A stretch of 54,107 bases of DNA, taken from the NCBI GenBank assembly GCA_937877085.1, contig CALEEY010000044.1:1-54107 (forward strand). Direction: 5' to 3'. Position numbers and translations under genes: made by a program. Shown piece by piece: positions 47,911 through 54,107 of this stretch (the stretch's first letter is position 1; every line of letters begins with the position of its first letter). This DNA comes from an uncultured Bacteroidota bacterium (lineage in GTDB: Bacteria; Bacteroidota; Rhodothermia; Rhodothermales; UBA10348). Below the pieces are notes generated by a model. It did not search any database. It saw nothing but the letters and a program-made list of their open reading frames with translations, and was not told the origin of the DNA.

Positions 47911-50451
47911 ATGACACGACAATTCACTTCCATCCTTCTCGTTTTGTTTTTGTGGACTACAGCGTCCGTAGCGCAAGACCGGGATCATCATTCGTCTAGC
48001 AAACCGAACTATGATTTGGCCACCAAATTTGCGCCCTATAAAATAGACAAAATGTTGTATTCGACGTCCATTAGCCCTCAGTGGATTGAGGGTACGGAGA
48101 ACTTTTGGTACGAATGGAAATCATCGGAAGGCTCGATGTATTACATCGTTGATAGCAAAATGGGGACAAAAAAGGCCATTTTCGACAATGACCGGTTCGC
48201 TGCAGAACTGACGCGCATTACCAAAGACCCATGGGATGGACAACATCTTCCTATTAACAAAATCAAGTTTTTGAATGCAAACACCCTTCAATTTGAAGTG
48301 CAGGGTTCCGAGGACGAAGAAATCAAAGAAGAAGAGGTGACCGAAGGAGACTCCCAAGAAAAAAAGAAGGATTCCAAGCCAAAAACGCGAAAGAAGGTCT
48401 TCCATTTCGAGTACACGGTAAGTACCCGTTCTTTACGGGAATTGGCTGATTTTGAGGAGCCCCCCAATCATCCGTCGTGGGCTTCTCTTTCGCCTGACGG
48501 GAAAACTATCTTATTTGGACGGAATCACAACATCTACAAAATGAGTGAAGCCGACTACGCCAAAATTTTGGCCGCTCGAGTCGGAAAAACGGGGGAAGAT
48601 GCTACAAAAGCTGAAGAAAAGGTTGAAGTCACGGAAATTCAGCTAACGACAGAAGGCGTTGAGTTTTTCTCCTTCGCCGGCGGTGATTTCGGAGATACTC
48701 AGAAAGAGGTTGAGAAAAACAAAGACAAGCGCAAAAGAGTCGGGGTTACCTGGTCCGCAGATTCCAAGCGTTTTGCTGCAAGCCGAACGGACCAACGCAA
48801 AGTCGAAGACCTATGGGTCATTCATAGCACGGGCAACAAACGTCCTGAGCTCGAAACCTACAAATATGCCATGCCAGGGGACGAATTTGTCGGGGAAGAC
48901 ATCATCCAAATTTACGATCTCACGTCCGACACGCTAGTCACCGTAAAAGGCAACCGTTTTAAGGATGAGAACTTCAGCATAATGACCGCACGGCAGTTTA
49001 GGTATCCGGCGAGCGATGAGCCGTACAGGGCCCTTTGGCTTTCCAACAACTCGGACGATTTTTACTTCTCCAGTATAAGCCGCGACCTGAAACGGGTTGA
49101 TCTGATGAAAGCTGATGCGGCCACCGGCGAAGTGACCGTATTGATCGAAGAAAGGCTAAATACCTACGTCGAGGTGCAGCGACTTGACCAACTGTCCAAT
49201 GGCGATTTGTTGTGGTGGTCGGAGCGCGACGGTTGGGGCCATATTTATCGTTTCGGGCCCGATGGGACACTCAAAAACCAGGTAACCTCGGGTCCTTTTT
49301 CTGTCCGCGGGATCCAATCGGTCGACGAAGCAGCCGGAGTCATGTACTTTACGGCCAATGGAAAAGAAAAAGGTGAAGACCCGTACTACATCCATGCCTA
49401 TAAAGTGAAACTCGATGGATCTGGTTTGCAGCTCCTTAACCCTGGCGATTTCGATCATAGATCCATGTTTAACGAGTCCGGCAAATTTTTTGTCGATAGC
49501 TATTCTCGCGTGAATACCATCCCAGCCATTTCGTTGATCAATCAGTCGGGGCAAAAAGTGCTGGATTTGGAAACCTCTGATTTCAGCCAACTGCTGGCAG
49601 CGGGATATCAATTCCCAGAACCGTTCAAGGTTAAGGCTGGAGATGGAATTACGGATATTTACGGCGTGATGTACAGGCCTTTTGATTTCGATGACACGAA
49701 GTCGTACCCGATTATCGAATATGTTTATCCCGGCCCGCAAACCGAATCGGTATCCAAAGCATTCTCTACCAGCCGGTTTGAAACGGCACTAGCGCAGTTT
49801 GGAATGATTGTCATTACGCTTGGAAACCGAGGCGGCCACCCAGACCGGTCAAAATGGTACCATAATTATGGCTACGGAGACTTAAGGGACTACGGTTTGG
49901 AGGATAAGAAGGTAGCGGTCGAACAGCTTGCAAATCGGCACTCGTACATCGATCAAGATCGGGTCGGCATTTACGGCCATTCGGGTGGCGGATTTATGTC
50001 GACGGCTGCAATGCTCGTCTATCCTGACTTTTTCAAAGTGGCCGTTTCCAGTTCCGGAAACCACACCAATGATATTTACAATCGCTGGTGGTCGGAAAAG
50101 CATCACGGTGTCAAAGAGGTCGTTAGCGATTCGGGTAAAGTCACGTTTGAGTATGCCATTGATACCAACCCCGAATTGGCAAAGAACCTAAAAGGTCACC
50201 TCTTACTTACGACGGGCGATGAAGACAACAACGTCCATCCTGCCAACACGTACCGCATGGTAGACGCGTTGATTAAGGCCAACAAACGATTTGATTTCTT
50301 TCTGTTTACGGGGCAACGTCACGGATATGGATCGATGTCTGATTATTGGTTCTGGCTACGAGCAGAATACTTTGTAGAGCACTTTATGGGCTCAACGGAG
50401 TGGAATCCAGATATTTGGCAACTCAACGTAGAAAAGCCAATGGATAAGTAA
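47911..50451 (+). CDS. S9B dipeptidyl peptidase IV family protein
   Basis: SERDGWGHIY, VYPGP, GIYGHSGGG, DNNVHP, QRHGY. Confidence 0.92.
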   Translation: MTRQFTSILLVLFLWTTASVAQDRDHHSSSKPNYDLATKFAPYKIDKMLYSTSISPQWIEGTENFWYEWKSSEGSMYYIVDSKMGTKKAIFDNDRFAAELTRITKDPWDGQHLPINKIKFLNANTLQFEVQGSEDEEIKEEEVTEGDSQEKKKDSKPKTRKKVFHFEYTVSTRSLRELADFEEPPNHPSWASLSPDGKTILFGRNHNIYKMSEADYAKILAARVGKTGEDATKAEEKVEVTEIQLTTEGVEFFSFAGGDFGDTQKEVEKNKDKRKRVGVTWSADSKRFAASRTDQRKVEDLWVIHSTGNKRPELETYKYAMPGDEFVGEDIIQIYDLTSDTLVTVKGNRFKDENFSIMTARQFRYPASDEPYRALWLSNNSDDFYFSSISRDLKRVDLMKADAATGEVTVLIEERLNTYVEVQRLDQLSNGDLLWWSERDGWGHIYRFGPDGTLKNQVTSGPFSVRGIQSVDEAAGVMYFTANGKEKGEDPYYIHAYKVKLDGSGLQLLNPGDFDHRSMFNESGKFFVDSYSRVNTIPAISLINQSGQKVLDLETSDFSQLLAAGYQFPEPFKVKAGDGITDIYGVMYRPFDFDDTKSYPIIEYVYPGPQTESVSKAFSTSRFETALAQFGMIVITLGNRGGHPDRSKWYHNYGYGDLRDYGLEDKKVAVEQLANRHSYIDQDRVGIYGHSGGGFMSTAAMLVYPDFFKVAVSSSGNHTNDIYNRWWSEKHHGVKEVVSDSGKVTFEYAIDTNPELAKNLKGHLLLTTGDEDNNVHPANTYRMVDALIKANKRFDFFLFTGQRHGYGSMSDYWFWLRAEYFVEHFMGSTEWNPDIWQLNVEKPMDK

Positions 50452-50500
50452 GTTTAATTCATCTTTTGCCCTTAGGGCATTGGGAAAGCTGTTTTTTTGG

Positions 50501-50538
50501 AGAGGGGCCGCCCGTTGGGCGGCCCCTCTTTTTGTTTC
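50501..50538 (+). terminator. Intrinsic terminator
   Basis: AGAGGGGCCGCCC-GTT-GGGCGGCCCCTCT followed by a T-rich tail, downstream of the DPP IV gene. Confidence 0.85.
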
Positions 50539-50561
50539 AATAACAAGATCAGGACCAAATC

Positions 50562-50822
50562 GTGACACTTTTGACATCAAAAACGGAATCGAAATTTGCA
50601 TTTTTCGAAAAAATCGGACCTCCCCCTATTTCGGAGCACCATTCAAATGAGGGCTTTGCCGATTCTCGCAGATTTAGTTCGGGTTTTGAAGGTAGATTAA
50701 CTAGCCGTCAAGCCATGTCGGTGGCAAACGTGCGGTTCTACCGAAGTGGTAACATGTTTTGGGACGAACGCGCCAATAGCCTTGAAGACCAAGCGCTCGC
50801 AGCCGAACTTCCCAGAATATGA
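50562..50822 (+). pseudogene. Internal fragment of a di-heme cytochrome c peroxidase (CCP/MauG family)
   Basis: GFADSRRFSSGFEGRLTSRQAMSVANVRFYRSGNMFWDERANSLEDQAL matches the segment after heme 1 of CCP_MauG; no CxxCH or signal peptide remains. Confidence 0.7.
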
Positions 50823-50937
50823 GGCCCGTCAGAGCAACCGTAAGCGTAAAAGAGTTTAGCCAATTCATTTTCTTCAAAAAGGTAGATGAATTACCGGTAA
50901 GTGGCGTATTTAGACAAATTGTTTATTAGAATACAGT

Positions 50938-53133
50938 ATGTCTACGATAAAAAAAGCCGGCGGTTGGGCCTCCATTGCCTACACATTTAGAAAAGCGAGA
51001 GAATCTGGGGGTTTTTTCGCGATGTGGCGCGCTATGCGATCCCGAAACGCATGTAAAACATGCGCCGTCGGGATGGGGGGGCAAAAAGGCGGGATGGTCA
51101 ATGAATCGGGTCATTTCCCCGAGTTTTGTAAAAAAAGCATCCAGGCCATGGCGGCGGACATGCAACCTGCCATACCAGCCGAATTTTGGTCCGACTATCC
51201 CATTAGGCGACTACAGCAAGCAAGTCCTCGTCAGCTCGAAGCATTCGGACGGCTATCCGAACCCGTTCGGTATAGACGGGGCATGCCCGGATATGAAATA
51301 CTGTCCTGGGAAGAGGCTTTTTCGTCCATCACTTCACGCTTAATTGCCACCGACCCGAACAAATCATTCTTCTACTTTAGTGGACGCAGTAGCAACGAAG
51401 CAGGCTTCCTGTTGCAGTTGTTCGCCCGTTTGTACGGCACAAACAATGTCAATAACTGTAGTTTTTATTGCCATCAAGCCAGCGGCGTCGGACTAAATCA
51501 GGTATTGGGAAGCGGGACGGCAACGGTCGTGTTGAAGGACCTGGACAAGGCCGATCTGGTGATTTTGATTGGGGCCAACCCTGCGAGCAACCATCCGCGA
51601 CTCATGAAATCGTTTATGCAGGTGCGCCGCAGAGGTGGAAAAGTAATCGTGATCAATCCCATTAAGGAATCTGGCCTAGAATCTTTCAGTATTCCGTCGG
51701 ACCCTCGTTCGCTGCTTTTTGGAAGTAAAATCGCTTCTAAAATGATCCAGCCGCATATAGGCGGCGACCTCGCCCTCCTTTCGGGAGTGGCCAAGTCTCT
51801 CTTGGAGACCCGAAAAATCGATTACGATTTTGTTCAGTCCCATACGGAAGGCTTCGACGTTTTTCGCGCGGAATTAGACCGGACTAAGTGGGACACGATT
51901 GTCACTCAATCTGGGGTTGACAAATCCACGATTGAACAAATAGCCGCGGACTATGCAGAGTCCAAAAACACCATTTTTGCCTGGGCTATGGGGGTAACAC
52001 ACCACCTCCGCGGAACAGAAACGGTCCAAATGATCGCTACTATAGCCTTGTTAAGAGGCATGGTTGGAAGAGAGGGCTGCGGCCTCATGCCCATTAGAGG
52101 TCATTCCAACGTCCAAGGCATTGGCTCCGTAGGAGTAACGCCACGGTTAAACAAGGTCATTTTTGAGAACCTTGTTTCGGAATACGGAATTGATTTGCCA
52201 ACGGCCGACGGCCTGGACACGATGGGCTGCATAGAGAAAGCACATGCAGGGGAGTTGGAAATCGGGTATTGCTTAGGTGGCAATTTGTACGGCTCGAATC
52301 CCGATTCCGTTTTTGCAGCAAAAGCGCTGTCTAAGCTTAAAATGTTGGTAACCCTCAGCACCACGCTCAATACGGGTCACGCATGGGCTTTGGCAGAAGA
52401 AACCATTGTTTTGCCCGTTTTGCCCCGAGACGAAGAACCTCAGCCTACCACACAAGAGTCCATGTTCAATTTTGTTCGCATGAGCGAGGGCGGGGAATCT
52501 CGCATGGACGGCCCTCGAAGCGAAGTATCGGTCATAGCAGAACTTGCCTCTAGAGTTCATAAGGACGGGCATCAGGACCGCTTGAATGCCATTGATTGGG
52601 CCGACCTTAACGATACGGACAACATTCGATCCATGATTGCACGCGTCGTACCGGGGTGGAAAGCGCTAGCCACGATGAACGAAACCAAAGCTGAGTTTCA
52701 AATAGATGGCCGCACGTTCCATACGCCCATATTCAATACGCCGACTGGCAAAGCTCGAATTTTTCCCGTGTCGCTGACCCAAGCATCCGAGCTCGGAGCA
52801 GGTACCTTCCGTCTCATGACCATCCGTAGCGAAGGTCAGTTTAATACGGTTGTCTACGAAGATCACGATGACTACCGGGGAATTGATAGCCGAGACGTCG
52901 TCCTGATGCATTCTGAAGACCTCCGACATCTGGGACTGCGACATGGACAGCGCGTTACGGTCTACGGTCCGAGCGGGCGCATGCCTCACGTGCAGGCCAT
53001 TCCCTTTGATCGAATCAAACGCGGTAATGTGGCTATGTACTTCCCCGAAGCCAATGTTTTGCTGTCAAGAGAGACCGACCGGCTGAGCAAAACACCAGCG
53101 TTTAAAGGAGCCGTGGTATCCATCCACGATTAG
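50938..53133 (+). CDS. FdhF/YdeP family molybdopterin oxidoreductase
   Basis: AGGW, CKTCAVGMGG, SGRSSNEA, NNCSFYCHQASG, IRGHSNVQG, TIRSEGQFNT, TPAFK. Confidence 0.9.
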   Translation: MSTIKKAGGWASIAYTFRKARESGGFFAMWRAMRSRNACKTCAVGMGGQKGGMVNESGHFPEFCKKSIQAMAADMQPAIPAEFWSDYPIRRLQQASPRQLEAFGRLSEPVRYRRGMPGYEILSWEEAFSSITSRLIATDPNKSFFYFSGRSSNEAGFLLQLFARLYGTNNVNNCSFYCHQASGVGLNQVLGSGTATVVLKDLDKADLVILIGANPASNHPRLMKSFMQVRRRGGKVIVINPIKESGLESFSIPSDPRSLLFGSKIASKMIQPHIGGDLALLSGVAKSLLETRKIDYDFVQSHTEGFDVFRAELDRTKWDTIVTQSGVDKSTIEQIAADYAESKNTIFAWAMGVTHHLRGTETVQMIATIALLRGMVGREGCGLMPIRGHSNVQGIGSVGVTPRLNKVIFENLVSEYGIDLPTADGLDTMGCIEKAHAGELEIGYCLGGNLYGSNPDSVFAAKALSKLKMLVTLSTTLNTGHAWALAEETIVLPVLPRDEEPQPTTQESMFNFVRMSEGGESRMDGPRSEVSVIAELASRVHKDGHQDRLNAIDWADLNDTDNIRSMIARVVPGWKALATMNETKAEFQIDGRTFHTPIFNTPTGKARIFPVSLTQASELGAGTFRLMTIRSEGQFNTVVYEDHDDYRGIDSRDVVLMHSEDLRHLGLRHGQRVTVYGPSGRMPHVQAIPFDRIKRGNVAMYFPEANVLLSRETDRLSKTPAFKGAVVSIHD

Positions 53134-53169
53134 AAAGGTCGAAAATCAGGTCGGCGCGGATCCACGGGT

Positions 53170-53235
53170 CACGCCCAGAAGGAACGCCCAGTAAGAAGGA
53201 GCGCCAAAAACGCACGCCCAGAAGGAGTGCCCAAA
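53170..53235. repeat. Imperfect short tandem repeats between convergent genes
   Basis: CACGCCCAGAAGGA at 53170 and 53213, with degenerate copies between and after. Confidence 0.6.
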
Positions 53236-53245
53236 CCGCCGCTGA

Positions 53246-54073
53246 CTAGTTTTTGGCACCGTATAAATAGAGAAGAAAATCGTCCAGCAGCGGCTTCCAA
53301 TTGTCCCAATTGTGGGCACCCTCGACCTCCAAATACTTGATGGGATAACCCTTTTCGATCAAAATGTCCCTGAATCGACGCGTTTGAGCTTCGTTATCGT
53401 CGTGATCTCCCGAAGAAAGGAAAATATTCAAGGGTAATCGGGTGGAGTCTGAATAGGCAGAATGAATGGTTCGAATAGGATGGGTAGCCGGCGACTGCAT
53501 TCCGATTCCGGAAAAAGTGTTATGTGCGTAGAGTCCAAAGCAAGCTGAATTGAGACCGCCGAAAGATAGCCCCAAGATATTGCGCCCCAACCGATTAGCG
53601 GACGTTTTGTAGGTCGCATCGATCGAAGGAATCAACTCCTCTTTGTAAAATTGAATGAAACCTTTATTGCAAAAATATTGGGCGGTCCTGCGACTGAGAC
53701 TCACGTTTTCTGGAATCCGAGCGTCTAAAAATACGGCTACTAAGGGCTCGATTTCCTGATTTTCTATCATTTGATCCAGTAGTGCCGGCAGTTCGCCTGG
53801 TTCTATGTACCACGCCCCGTCTGATAAAAACAAAACGGGAAGACCGTTCATGGAGTCATAACCGGAAGGGGTATAGACCCAGTATTGAAGATTATACCCG
53901 AGAACTTCGCTCCGAATTCGAACCGCTTCTGTCATGGAAGAAGGCTGAGCCCATACCTCAGCAGGCCAGCCCAAGGATAGAAGCACGACCCCTAAAATCG
54001 AACCAGCGAACAACTTGAGAGACGGAAGGTTTTTGACCACAAACAAATCCATGGGAACTGCGTTGATTTTCAT
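53246..54073 (-). CDS. Secreted alpha/beta hydrolase (Fes-like putative esterase)
   Basis: YTPSGY, PVLFLSDG, GLSFGG nucleophile, GAHNWDNW. Confidence 0.85.
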   Translation of the reverse strand: MKINAVPMDLFVVKNLPSLKLFAGSILGVVLLSLGWPAEVWAQPSSMTEAVRIRSEVLGYNLQYWVYTPSGYDSMNGLPVLFLSDGAWYIEPGELPALLDQMIENQEIEPLVAVFLDARIPENVSLSRRTAQYFCNKGFIQFYKEELIPSIDATYKTSANRLGRNILGLSFGGLNSACFGLYAHNTFSGIGMQSPATHPIRTIHSAYSDSTRLPLNIFLSSGDHDDNEAQTRRFRDILIEKGYPIKYLEVEGAHNWDNWKPLLDDFLLYLYGAKN

Positions 54074-54107
54074 CCAATCCCTAATCTATCGATTTATTAT
54101 TAATGAG

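Noticed and set aside
50938-53133. Selenocysteine-containing formate dehydrogenase
   Set aside because: No in-frame TGA; the protein has Cys (YCHQ) and belongs to the YdeP-like subgroup, so formate oxidation cannot be asserted.
53170-53235. Possible mini-CRISPR array
   Set aside because: Repeats are only 14 bp and degenerate, the spacers are themselves repeat-derived, and there are no cas genes.
1-54107. tRNA, rRNA, transposase, integrase, prophage or defence genes
   Set aside because: None recognised by eye; tRNAscan, Rfam and HMM searches would be needed to exclude them formally.

Overview
This 54-kb window is dense, roughly 50% GC bacterial chromosome from an FCB-group organism. A T9SS C-terminal sorting domain, DUF5777/YceI, a CarboxypepD-type beta-barrel and many lipoproteins suggest Rhodothermota or Bacteroidota; this is inference. 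It encodes mostly accessory metabolic genes: secreted peptidases (M28, two S9, M20), a sulfatase, transporters (AbgT, NhaC, PnuC), four GNATs, two desaturases, two PLP enzymes, ppk2, cutC and an FdhF/YdeP oxidoreductase. I saw no rRNA, tRNA, CRISPR array, transposase or phage gene. The strongest observations are: (1) a membrane-protein gene split by a +1 frameshift exactly at CCC-TGA; (2) a 19-bp motif shared 18/19 between two promoter regions, with a partial third copy, linking DUF1800/DUF1501, a Gly-rich beta-barrel locus and a cytochrome c peroxidase remnant; (3) a DUF1501 protein with a His-rich leader, twin-arginine motif and T9SS-like CTD; (4) a CX4CH lipocytochrome-YceI-DUF5777 operon; (5) an orphan terminator suggesting a small RNA or attenuator; (6) several gene remnants; (7) a G-quadruplex-capable hexamer repeat in ppk2. 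All family calls come from motif recognition by eye, not database searches.
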